Origin: the human T2T-CHM13v2.0 reference genome, Homo sapiens
Length of the DNA: 64,000 nucleotides
NCBI RefSeq assembly: GCF_009914755.1
Contig: NC_060947.1
Direction: 5' to 3' (one strand)
Part shown: positions 27,736-40,770 of the stretch, one piece after another
How positions within the stretch are numbered: position 1 is the first letter of the stretch
Layout: each line of letters begins with the position of its first letter
Position numbers and translations under genes: made by a program
Notes under the pieces: generated by a model
What the model saw: the letters and a program-made list of their open reading frames with translations, nothing else
What the model was told of the DNA's origin: nothing
The model's database searches: none

Positions 27736-28819
27736 TGATAACGAAGTCCCAATGAACATATGTTCTGTAATATATTTTGCCAAGTCTAGCAGAGTTTCAG
27801 ATTCAATAGTCAGATCAGATAGCTTTTGAAGTAATGTATTGAAAAATAGAAACAAAATAGAAAATCCTGAAATAATATTCACAACCTTAAGAAGAAAAAA
27901 ATCATATTTAAAAAAGAAAAAACTCAAACTTTTTACCATAACAATTGTACACCTTAATAGAAACCATGGTTTCTTAATTGTTTGGTGCATGGGTATATTT
28001 CTTATAAATATTTGATTCCTTGTTATTTTCTTAGGAAGTCTTATCAAACCATATGCATTTGTAAATAATTCAGAATTGCATTAGATAGAACAAAAATATA
28101 GAACTGTCATACTTAGTTTATTTTTATCAAGAAGAATAGAAATCCACTTAAATTATTTTAATAAATGATAAATGCCACATATGTTGGTAAAGGAAAGAGC
28201 AATTTTGTAGGATTGCAAAATCAATTGTATGACTGCATAACTGGAGATGAAATGCAATTTAGGAACTGAGAGTGCCCAATCTTTTGGGATAATAATTGTC
28301 ATATTTATCTCTTGGTGGCCTGTATTAAACATCTTTCATTCTGGCAATTCCTTTTCTCTTGTCTTTGCTTCTCCTGTACTTGTTACTACCAATGATTACT
28401 TCAGTCTTTACACAGTCCAACTTTTTTCTCTATATATTGTTTTCATAATACCTTTGTATTTACCACTTCTGCTTACTCATAACTTGACTTCTCTATGAGT
28501 CACTTTCAGCCTTTCTTATTGCTAGCAACTGAAAGATTCTTTCTCCATATTTAGTAGTTTGGCTACCTAGTTCATCACCTCTCATCTGATACAAATTTTT
28601 ATGTCAGGCAACATTATAAGACATTAAAGACAGTGGAGATTGACTGCCTTTGAGCCAGGTGTTCCAGTCATAGGTTGAGTGTGGCCAGTAAAATGGTTAA
28701 CAGGTTCCAGTGTATAACAACCAAGACTTTTCTCCTTGAAAGGAGGCTGAGTGTAGAATAAGAATTATTTCCTCAGAAGGGGGTGTGTTATGGGTAGGAA
28801 CCAACTTAAGAAATATTGT

Positions 28820-31208
28820 TCAAAAATTAAAAACAAAAATTATACGATCATCTCAGTAGATGCAGAAAAAGCATTTACAAATCCAGCATCCATTTATGAT
28901 TAAAACCCTCAGCAAAATCTGAAGGGTCATATCTTCAGGTAAAAGAAAAAAAAAAAGCCATCTGTGACAAACCCACAGTCAACATTATAATGCAAGGGGA
29001 AAAGTTGAACGCATTCCCCGTGGAACTGGAACAAGACAAGGATGCCCACTTTTACCACTTCTATTTGACATATTACTGGAAGTCCCAGCTAGAGCAATCA
29101 GACAAGAAAAAGAAATAAAGGGCCTTCAAATCAGTGAAGAGGAAGTCAAACCATCATTGTTAGTTGATGATATAATCCTATCCGCAGAAAACCCTAAGGA
29201 CTCATTAAAAAAGCTCCTAGGTCTGATTAATGAATTCAGTAATTTCAGGATACAAAATCTGTATACACAAATCAGTAGCTCTGCTATACACCAACAGTGA
29301 CCAAACTGAGAATCAAACCAAGAACTCATCCCCTTTTACAATAGCTGAAAAAAAAAATTAAAATACTTAGGAATATACCTAACCAAGGAAGTAAAAGACC
29401 TCTACAAAGAAAACTACAAAAACGCTACTGAAAGAAATCATAGATGATGCAAACAACTGGAAACACATCCCATGTCCATGAATTGGTAGAATCAATATTG
29501 TGAAAATTACCATACTGCCAAAAGCAATATACAAATTCAATGCAATTCCCATCAAAATGCCATCATCATTCTTTACAGAACTAGAAAAAACAATCTTAAA
29601 ATTCATATGGAACCAAAATGTGCCCACTTAGCCAAAGCAAGACTAGGCAAAAAGGACAAATCTGGAGGCATCACATTCCAGATGTCAAATTATACTACAA
29701 AGCTGTAGTTATCAAAACAGCATGGTACTGGTATAAAAATAAGCACTTAGACAAAGGAAACAGAATAGAGAACCCAGAAATAAAGCCCAATATTTACAGC
29801 CAACTGATCTTCAACAAAGCAAACAAAAACATAAAGTGGGAGAAGGACACCCTATTAAACAAATGGTGCTCAGATAATACACAAGTCACATTTAGAAGAA
29901 TGAAATTGGATCCTCATCCCTCACATTATACAAAAATCAACTCATGATGGATCAAAGACTTAAATCTAAGACCTGAAACCACAAAAATTCTAGAAGATAA
30001 CATCAGAAAAGCGCTTCTAGACATGGACTTAGGCAAAGAGTTCATTACCAAGAACCAAAAAGAAATGCAATAGAAACAAAGATAAATAGATGAGACTTAA
30101 TTAAAAAGCTTCCTCACAGCAAAAAAAAAAAAATAATAATAATAATCAGCAGGATTAACAGACAACCCAAAGAGTGGGAGAAAATGTATTCAAACTCTGT
30201 ATGCAACAAAGAACTAGTATCCAGAATCTAGAAGGAACTCAAACAAATCAACAAGACAAAAACCAAATAATCCCGTCAAAAGTGGGCATGAATAGACAGT
30301 TCTCAAAATGTAATGAAGACATGGAATCAACCTAAATGCTCATCAATGATAGAATGGATCAAGAGCATGGGGGTACATATACACCATGAAATATTATGCA
30401 GCCATGAAAAGGGATGAGATCATGTCCTTCACAGGAACATGGATGGAATGGCCAAGAAACATCAAAAAAAAAATGCTTAGCATCACTAATGATCAGGGAA
30501 ATGTAAATCAAAACTGCAATGAAATCCCACCTTACTCCTGCAGGAATAGCCATAATTAAAATGAAAAAAAATTGTAGATGTTGGTGTGGTTTTGGTGAAA
30601 AGAGAACACTTTTTTCACTGCTGGTGGGAATGTAAACTAGTACAACCACTATGGAAAACAGTATGGAAATCCCTTAAAGAACTAAAAGTAGATCTACAAT
30701 TTGATCCAGCAATCCCAGAGAAAAAGAAGTCATTCCATGAAAAAGACACTTGCACCCGCATGTTTATAGCAGCACAATTTGCAATTGCAAAAATATGGAA
30801 CCAGCCAAAATGTCCATCAATCAACAAGCAGATAAAGAAAATATAGAATATATATACCATGGAATACTACTCAGCCATAAAAAGGAAAGAAAGAATGCCT
30901 TTCACCAAAACTTGGATGGAGTTGGAGACCATTATTCTAAGTGAAGTAACTCAGGAATGGAAAACCAAACATTGCATGTTCTGACTTGTAAGTGGGAGCT
31001 CAAGCTATGAGGATGCAAAGGCATAAGATGATACAATGGACTTTGGGGACTCAGGGGGAAGGGTGGGAAAGAGGTGAGGGATAAAAGACTACACATTGGG
31101 TACAGTGTATACTTCCTGGGTGCTGGATGCACCAAAATCTCTGAAATCACCACAGAAGAACTTATCCATGTAACCAAACACCACCTGTTCCCCAAAAACT
31201 ATTGAAAT
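28820..31208 (+). mobile_element. 5'-truncated L1PB (L1PB1-like)
   Basis: ORF2 remnants (KLYYKAVVIKTAWYWYKN); L1PB 3'UTR AAGCTATGAGGATGCAAAGGCATAAG...CACCACCTGTTCCCCAAAAACTATTGAAAT. Confidence 0.88.
30311..30451 (+). repeat. 141-bp insert copied from 31737-31877
   Basis: 139 of 141 bases identical to 31737-31877. Confidence 0.95.
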
Positions 31209-31684
31209 ATATATATTTCAGAGGTGTCTTCAGCCTTTACATTTTCTCTTCAGTGTGTTTTATTCTGTAAGACTGGCTTTCTCTATAAATTGAAGAAAAT
31301 ATCCACCAATAGCTCTTATATTCTTATGTCTTTCTGACTAGAAAGAAAAAGACTCTTTACTGATACCTCCAGTTAGAAAAATCTCAAAAAAGGCTAGTTG
31401 TCTCAGTTCCATTTATGTGCCCATTCCTTGACTATGAATGATGCCTGTGGTAGTAGTAGTAGGGTCACATAAAACAAAGGCAATTTCTATTCTGTCTATA
31501 TAGCTAAAGTGGAGGGATGAGAAACAGTTCCTCAAAAGAAATGTGGAAAAACAAGGTAAACTATCAATATAATCTAAGAGTACTGTAATAACTGAAGTTA
31601 TATATTAACATTTGTTCTTCTTTTCCTGATCATTTGCACATTCATAACATGTTTATACACTAGTATGGATAGAAAATTTAACTT

Positions 31685-32180
31685 TTCTACCATAAAGACA
31701 CATGAATGTGTATGTTCATTGCAGAACTATTCACAATAATGAAGACATGGAATCAACCTAAATGCTCATCAATGATAGAATGGATCAAGAGCATGGGGGT
31801 ACATATATACCATGAAATATTATGCAGCCATGAAAAGGGATGAGATCATGTCCTTCACGGGAACATGGATGGAATGGTCATTATCCTTACCAAACTAATG
31901 TAGGAATGGAAAACCAAATACTACATGTTCTCTCTTACAAGTGGGAGCTAAAAGATGAGAACACATGGACTTATAGAGGGGAACAACAGACACTGGGTCC
32001 TACAAGAGGATGAAGGGTGGAAGAAAGTGAAGAATTAGAAAAAATAATTAACGGGTACTATGCTTAATACCTGTGTGATGAAATGAATGATTTGTAGAAC
32101 ACACCTTCATGACATGAATTTACCTATATAATAAACCTGCACATGTACCCCTGAATGCAAAATGAAAGTTAAAAAAGAAA
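31685..32180 (+). mobile_element. L1PA13-16 3'-end fragment
   Basis: GAACACATGGAC...AACCTGCACATGTACCCCTGAA and A tail. Confidence 0.85.
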
Positions 32181-32299
32181 ATAATTTATATCTTTACAAA
32201 ATTGAGTCTTAGTATGCATGAGCATGAAGTATACCTTCATTCATTTAGACCTTTGGGTTTTTTTCACACATACACTCAGTTTTTAACTAGATGTGTATA

Positions 32300-33200
<901 letters not shown>

Positions 33201-33899
33201 TTAGTGGCACCACCCTAGTAGATTATCTCTGTGAGTACTGCACCCCTGCAGCAGGCTTCTGCCTACCAGGCTTTTCCATACATCTTTTGAAATCTAAGCA
33301 AAGGTTGCCAAGCCTCCTTCATTCTTGCACTCTGCACACCTGAAGGCTTAACACGATGTGGAAGCCACTAAAGCTTACAGCTTGCGTGCTCCAGAGTTGT
33401 GGCATGAAATGTACCTGGAGCCCTTTGAGCCGAGGCTACAGCCAGAGCATCCATGATGTAAGGAGCAGACTCCTGGCATGGGACAAGGCAGTGGCACCCC
33501 AGGCCTGCCCCCCAAGACATTCAATCCTTCTGGGCCTCTGCGCCTATAATGGGAGGGGCTACCTGGAAGATCTCTGAAATGCCTTGGAGGCCCTTTTTTT
33601 TTCACTGTCTTGGCTACCAGCACCGGCCTGTTTTTTCAGTCATGCAAATCTTTCTAACAAATGATTGCTCCACAGTGTGTTTGGATTCTTCCCCTGTAAA
33701 AGGTTTTTCTTTGCCACATGGCTAGGCAGCAAATTTTACAAACTTTAATGCTCTGCTTCCCATTTAAATATAAGTTCCAATTGTAGGTCATTTCTTTGTA
33801 TTCGTATCTGATCATAGGCTGTTAGAAGAAGCCAGGCTAATTCTTAAAATGCTGTGCAGCTTAGATATTTCTTCCGACACATACTCTAAATTATCAGTC

Positions 33900-34199
33900 T
33901 TTTTTTTTTTTTTTTTGAGGCAGAGTCTTGCTCTGTCACCCAGGCTGGAGTGCAGTGGCATGATCTCAGCTCATTGCAACCTCTGCCTCCCACATTCGAG
34001 TGATTCTCCTGCCTCAGCCTCCTGAGTAGCTGGGATTACAGGCGTACACCACCAAGCCCAGCTAATTTTTGTATTTTTTTTAGTAGAGACAGGGTTTCTC
34101 CACATTGTCTAGGCTGGTCTCGAACTCCTGACCTCAGGTGATCCATCTGCCTTGGCCTCCCAAAGTGCTGGGATTACAGGCCTGAGCCACCATACTCGA
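33900..34199 (-). mobile_element. AluSx-like
   Basis: Antisense Alu, GACCTCAGGTGATCC; TSD TCTAAATTATCA(G/C)TCTT. Confidence 0.93.
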
Positions 34200-34214
34200 T
34201 CTAAATTATCACTC

Positions 34215-34530
34215 TTTTTTTCTTTTCCTTCGAGACAGAGTCTCACTCTGTCGCCCAGGCTGGAGTGCAGTGGCGTGATCTCTGTTCTCTGCAACCTCCG
34301 CCTCCCAGGTTCAAGTGATTTTCCTGCCTCAGCCTCCTGAGTAGCTGGGATTACAGGCGTGTGCCACCATGCTTGGCTAAATTTGTATTTTTAGTACTAA
34401 ATTTGTATTTCTAGTAGAGACGGGGTTTCACCATGTTGGTCAGGATGGTCTCAAACTCCTGACCTCATGATCTGCCCTCCTTGGCCTCCCAAAGTGCAGG
34501 GATTACAGGTGTGAGCCACTGCACCCAGCC
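34215..34530 (-). mobile_element. AluS with an internal 20-bp tandem duplication in the A-rich linker
   Basis: Antisense Alu; CTAAATTTGTATTT(T/C)TAGTA twice; TSD TTATCACTCTT. Confidence 0.93.
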
Positions 34531-34695
34531 ACTTATCACTCTTAAGTACAAACTTCTGAAAATTACTAGGACATAAACACAATGCAGCCAAGTTCTTTGC
34601 TAAGGCATAACACTAGCGAACTTTGTTCCAATTCCCAAAAAGTTTCTCATTTTCATTGGAGACCTCATCAGTCTGGATTTCACTGTCCATATCAC

Positions 34696-35241
34696 TGTTA
34701 TCGAAAAGAAGGTCTTGATCCAGACCCCAAGAGAAGATGCTTGGATCTCATGCCAGAATAAATTCAAGGTGAGTCTCAAAGTATAGTGAAAAGAGATGGT
34801 TTATTAAAAGCTACTCCATTACAGAGTAGGGCATCCTTAGAAAGTAAGTGGAGAAATGCACCCTCTCTCTATATATATATGGGTATTGCTTATGAAAAAG
34901 CTAATCAAAGGTATGCCCATGTGCAGGTGGGGTGACAGCATGACAAAATTTATTATTGTATTGATTTAAGGAAAACTACCCTCGACAATTTAGCATGCAA
35001 GTAAAACAAAGCATACCTATAGTTACCTTGAAAACATATATTATTATGGGTATTGGGACCTCTGGACTTTCTTCTGTTGTAGGAGTGTGTCCTTGTAGGT
35101 ATCTTTAGGCTGTATCCTCAACCATAAATATTCTAAGACCACGGGTCATGACTGAAAAGAAATGTGCCTTGCTAGTTTTAAGATGAAGTTGATTTTAAAA
35201 TGGTGTCACTCTGGTTCTCCTAGGCTCCTGCTTCCCTCACA
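34696..35241 (-). mobile_element. ERV1 (MER4-group, MER61/LTR9-like) solo LTR
   Basis: TG...CA termini, 4-bp TSD TCAC, GATCCAGACCCCAAGAGA motif, antisense AATAAA. Confidence 0.75.
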
Positions 35242-36008
35242 TCACTATCAGGGTTTTGCTCACAACAATTTAACCAGTCTCTAAGAACTTTCTAATTTTC
35301 TTTCATCTTTCTATCCTCTTCTGAGCCCTCCAAATTCTTCCAACCTCTGCCCACTACCCAATTCCAAAGTTACATCCATACTTTCAGATATCTTTATAGC
35401 AATACCCCACTCCTTGGTATCTATTTTCTGTGTTAGACCATTCTTGCTTGCTACAAAGAACTATCTGAGACTGGGTAATTTATAAAGATAAAAGGTTTAA
35501 TTGGCTCATGGCTCTGCAGACTATACAGGAAGCATAGCACTGGGGATGAGCTCAGCTTCTAGTGAGGCCTCAGGAAGCTTATGATCATGGCAGAAGGCAA
35601 AGGGTGACCCAGCATATTACATGCAAGAGTAGAAGCAAGAGAGAGAGGCAGGTGGTACCACACACTTTTAAACAAACAGAGATCGTGAGAACTCACTGAC
35701 TATTGTCAGGACAGCACCAAGCCATGAGAGATCCACCCCCATGACCGAAACACCTCCCACCAGGCCCCACTCTCAACATTGGAGATTACACTTCGACATG
35801 AGATTTGGGTGGGGAAAAACATCTAAACTATATCAGCTGGTTTCTGGCATTCTTAAAAAACTATTTTGGCCTACATATTGTTCTCGTGATGCTTCCATGG
35901 GAAAGTTAAGTCCTGGAGCTTCCTAGCCCAACATCTTGCTGAAGTCATGCTCCAAAGAGATCATCTTTTGTCTATGGTTCCATAGTAATACATTTGTCAT
36001 AGATTTAA

Positions 36009-36410
<402 letters not shown>

Positions 36411-37114
36411 ATAACTAGTCTTAATATGTCATAGCATAGATTTGCCAACTTTTGATTTTTTATTTTTATTTTTTTGTGTGTGGTCGTCCCCTTCCTTCTT
36501 TCCTTCTTCTCTTTCTGTCTCTAGAATTACTTAGCTGTTTCTGGTGCTTTGAATTTCAATATTAGGTTAAGAATCCATTTTTCAATTTCCACTAAAAAGC
36601 GTTAGAATTTTGATTGGTATCCTATTGAATCTATTTGTTAATTTGAGAAAGATACTGAATTTTCCATTCCTTGAACACAGTATATTTCCTCATTTATGTA
36701 TGACTTTTAAATTTCTCTCTGCATGGTGTTTAAAATGTTAGTGTAGCTGTCTTGTACATCTTTTCCTTATATGTCATCCTTGGAATTTTATGTTTTTTGG
36801 TCACATTGAAAATTGTACATTTTGAAGATTTGTTGCTTATTAAAAATCATTTTTGATCAGTTAATCTGCATCCACTGACCTTAATAAATTCTCACTCAAT
36901 AATTTATTTGATTATTTTTATTTTGAACATACACAGAAATGTGTTTGTGACTAATGAGAATTTTATTTCAATTCTTTATTTTTTTTTGTTATTGTTTTTT
37001 CTTCTTGTCCTGATTTCATAGTCTGTTAGGGCTGGTATATTTTTGGTTTGTCCTCATTTCTGAAGTATAGGCTCTTAAAACTTTCAAACTGGTTATCTGG
37101 TATGTTGATCAAGT

Positions 37115-37304
37115 TGAGTTACCAGATAAAATGCAGGAGAGCCAATTAAATATGGAAGTCAGATAAACATTAAATAATTTCAAGTGAAAGTATGTCCTAA
37201 GTATTGCATGGTACATGCTTACACTAAAAAATAATTGCTATTTAGCTGAAGTTCAAATTTATCGAGGCATGCTGGACTTTTATTTGCTGATTGCAGCAAT
37301 CTTA
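37115..37304. mobile_element. MER53 hAT MITE
   Basis: CCAGATAAAATGCAGGA...AAGTATGTCCTAAGTATTGCATGGTACATGCTT palindromic core. Confidence 0.75.
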
Positions 37305-38744
37305 TTACCAAGATTCATCCTATTTTCTCATCCTTAACTGCAGTATTTTTTTCTCTCCAACTCTGTGAGATTGCTAAGAGCTATATTTGGCTTCCCAACC
37401 CTTTGCTTGTAGCTTTCTCTTGTTTTTCTCTCAACTTGTTCTTAGCCTCTTAGCCTCCTGTCAATTATGGAATGGAAAATGTATTGGGGACAAATTGCTA
37501 CAGAATATTGGGCTGACTTCAATGTGCTTCCCTTTCCTGTGAGATCTTGGTCTTGAAATCCTTGGAAAACTTGGTAACTCTGTGACAGTATTAAGTATAT
37601 GTCGTCTACATTGGGTAATGCTTCTCTAGTTATTAATACTGGCAGAATCAGTCTAAAACAGTCTACATTAATATTACTGAAAAAAGTAACCTTTTTCTTA
37701 AAACATTATTTGAATATTCAAGTAAAACCATTTGAGGTAGAATTTCATTTTTGCTCAGTTTCTCTAGTAGGTGCACGATAATTCAAACTATCTATGTTTT
37801 ATTTTCAGTCAGTTTTATATATGACATTTTAAGAGAAGTATATCTCAGTTGACTGAATTTTCATTTTATTGCTGAAAATATATCACAATTTCTTACTGTC
37901 TTTAAATATCTGCTCTATTTGTACTTATGTGCCTTTTTATGTTCCTAACATTTTTTGATATGCCCTTTCTCTTATTTTTCTTTATCAGTTTGACCAGTGT
38001 TTTCCATATTATTAAACTTTTAAAAGTACTAACTCTTGGCTTTGTGGATTCTTATTCTATGAAGCATTTATTTTCTGTGTGATAGATTCTTGATATTCTC
38101 ATTATTTTCTCTTTTATTCTACTTTCTTTACATTGATTTTCTTATTACTTTCAAACTTCTGAAGTTAGGTATATATTTTAGTGTTTGTTATTTTTTAATA
38201 CTTATCATTAAGATTATAAATGTTGCTAAAAGTAACATTTTGCTGCTGCATCTTGAAAAGTTTTATAAGTAATATTTTTATTATCTTTCTTTTCTCCATA
38301 GTTTTAAAATTTCATTACAACTAATTTTTTGACCAAGAAATTATTGTGTGTTTTAAAATTTCTATAAATATGACTTTTTAGGGAATGTGCTTAATTGATT
38401 ATATCTTAATTGTAGTGTGGTAGCAAATATGTTATTTATGATTTTTTGGTTGAAATTTGTTTACATCATAATCTAAAATGTGAATTTTTTAAATTGTCTT
38501 CCTTGTATGTTTGAGGATAATGTATCTTCTCTAATATTTTGGTACAGAATGCTACATATGTTAATTATATTATAATTGTTAAATATATTTATACAATTTT
38601 CTCTACATATACAGCCTTTTAGATAACTTGATCTATCAATAATGTAGAATTAGTCTCCAACTATTGTGGCATGTTATTTCAACTTTTTCCTATCAACATA
38701 TCAATTATGGCTTGATATATTTTGAGAACTTATTAGGTGAATAA

Positions 38745-39263
38745 GTATATCAAATTATCTAGAGAAACAGAGCTAATAGAATGTATTTCTGTGTGTATGT
38801 GTGTGTCTACACGCACATGTATAAATGAAGAGAGAGACAGAGAGAAAGAGAGACAGATTTATTTTAAGAAATTGGCTCATGTGATTATAGTGGTTGGCAA
38901 AACCAAAATCTGCATGAGGGGCTGCTGGCTGGAGATCCGGGGAGAAGCCAGTGTTGCAGCTCCAGTCTGAAAGCCATCAGGCTGGAGAGCCAGGGAAAAT
39001 CTTATATTGGTGTTCCAGTCCAAAGGTCGTGTCTTGGAAGAATTTTCTCTTGCTCAGGGGAGGTTAGTCTTTTGTTCTATCCAGTTTAAGTGATTGGATT
39101 AGGTCCACCCATATTAGGGAGAACAATTTTGTTTACTAAAAGTCCACCAATTTAAATGTTAATCTCGTCCAAAGTTATCTTCCTGGAGACATGCAGAGAT
39201 ATATTTGACCAAATAACTGGGCACATCGGTTCAAACAAGTTGATACATAAAATTAACCATTAT
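38745..39263 (-). mobile_element. MLT2 (C/D-like) ERVL LTR
   Basis: CTAGAGAAACAGAGCTAATAG...ATTGGCTCATGTGATTAT...AAGTTGATACATAAAATTAACCAT. Confidence 0.75.
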
Positions 39264-39991
39264 AAGAAGCTTAGAATTGTTATATTTTGGTAATTAAAAT
39301 TTTATCATTATTTGCAACTCTCTTTGTTCTTAATAATGATTTTGTCTGATATTAGCTTTCTTTTAATTAGTATTTTCTTAGTATACCTATTTCATGCTTT
39401 AACTTGTAACCCATCTGCATCTTTATACTTAAGAACTGTCTCTTGTAAAGACCTTTATAGCTATAGCCTTTACAATGCTGTCTGATTATCTCTTACTTAC
39501 TTGGTGAATGTAATCTACGTATATTTTATTGCAATGGTCATTATTATTATGAGGCTTATTTCTGCCATTCTAATTTTATTTGTATTTGTTCTGCATTTTC
39601 TATATGCTTGGCTTTTTATCTATTTAGTTTTTGTCTACTTTTGTTCTTTTCCCATATTTTCCACTTACTTGGAATTTATCTTCTTCATTATTTAAGTAAT
39701 TTTCATTGTATTTTTACCAAAATAAATGTATCAGTAATTACATAATTGCACAATCACAAATCTCAATCAACCTAAAAAATGCAGAAAACATGAAAACAAG
39801 CAAAACAACACAGATATCAAAAAGTAAATTTATCTTGCCTCACCTTCAGAATAGTATAAAGAACTCAGAACACTTTAATCCAAAACATTTGCATCCTGAT
39901 TCATGTACTACTTTTGTCTCCTATTTTATTTTTGTTTTTCTCTAACATCATGCATTACAAATTATTTTTATTAATTAAAAAATCAGTTTGA

Positions 39992-40211
39992 GACTAGGCA
40001 CGGTGGCTTATGCCTGTAATCCCAGTACGTTGGGAGGCCGATGTGGGTGGATCACTTAAGGTCAGGTGTTTGAGACCAACCTGGCCAACATGGTGAAACC
40101 CCGTCTCTACTAAAAATACAAAAAAAAGAAAAAAAAAAAAAAGAAAAAAAAAAAAAAGCTGGGTGTGGCGGTGCACAACCTGTGCAACAGAGATGCTGTC
40201 TCAAAAAAAAA
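39992..40211 (+). mobile_element. AluS with most of the right arm deleted and an expanded middle A-tract
   Basis: Intact left arm, ~40-nt A run, then a jump to GCAACAGAG..TGTCTCAAAA; TSD AAAAAATC(A)GTTTGA. Confidence 0.88.
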
Positions 40212-40574
40212 ATCGTTTGAATTTACACACCTGTTTATCATTGTATTTCATCACTACTCTGCATCTCAAACTATTCGTCTAACATCAGCTGTTAATCCTT
40301 AGAAAGATGATTTAGTACACTATCTTTCCTTTTTTCTTTGCCTGAAAATATCCTTATTCCACCATTATTTTAAATGTATTGATTTGCTGGGTATATGTAT
40401 CAGTTGTCTGCTTTTATATCACAAAACAGCACCATATATTTTATCAGATGATCATAATATGAATCATCAACTTGAGTTATGTTTAGTGGGATGGTTCTTT
40501 TGCTGATCTCATCTGAGGTTAATCATGTGGCTGTGCTCAGCTTGTGGATTAGCTTGGGAATGTTAGCCTAGGAT

Positions 40575-40770
40575 AGGAATTGTAAATCTCAGAACTTTTG
40601 ACATTTTGAGTTGTATAATTTTATGTTTCGTGGGACTTTCCTATGCATTGTAAAATGTTTATGATATTCACAGCCTCTCTCTATTACATGCCATGTAACT
40701 CCCAAAATTGTGACAACCAGAAATGTCTTCACATATTGACTAGTGTCTTCTGACATTTCTGGCTGAGAGA
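40575..40770. mobile_element. MER20-like hAT MITE
   Basis: TTGACATTTTG...CCTATGCATTGTAAAATGTTTA...TTGTGACAACCAGAAATGTCT. Confidence 0.7.

Larger units (their letters stand above)
33201..35835 (-). mobile_element. MSTB-like MaLR 5' LTR (35429-35835) plus 5' part of the internal region, interrupted by two Alus and an ERV1 LTR
   Basis: TGTGTTAGACCATTCTTGC...AAACTATATCA LTR; MST-int antisense text GCAGCAGGCTTCTGCCT...CAACCTCTGCCCACTACCCAATTCCAAAG. Confidence 0.85.

Noticed and set aside
23784-30950. L1 ORF2-like peptides as functional reverse transcriptase or endonuclease genes
   Set aside because: They are fragmented by many stops and frameshifts; dead retrotransposon remnants.
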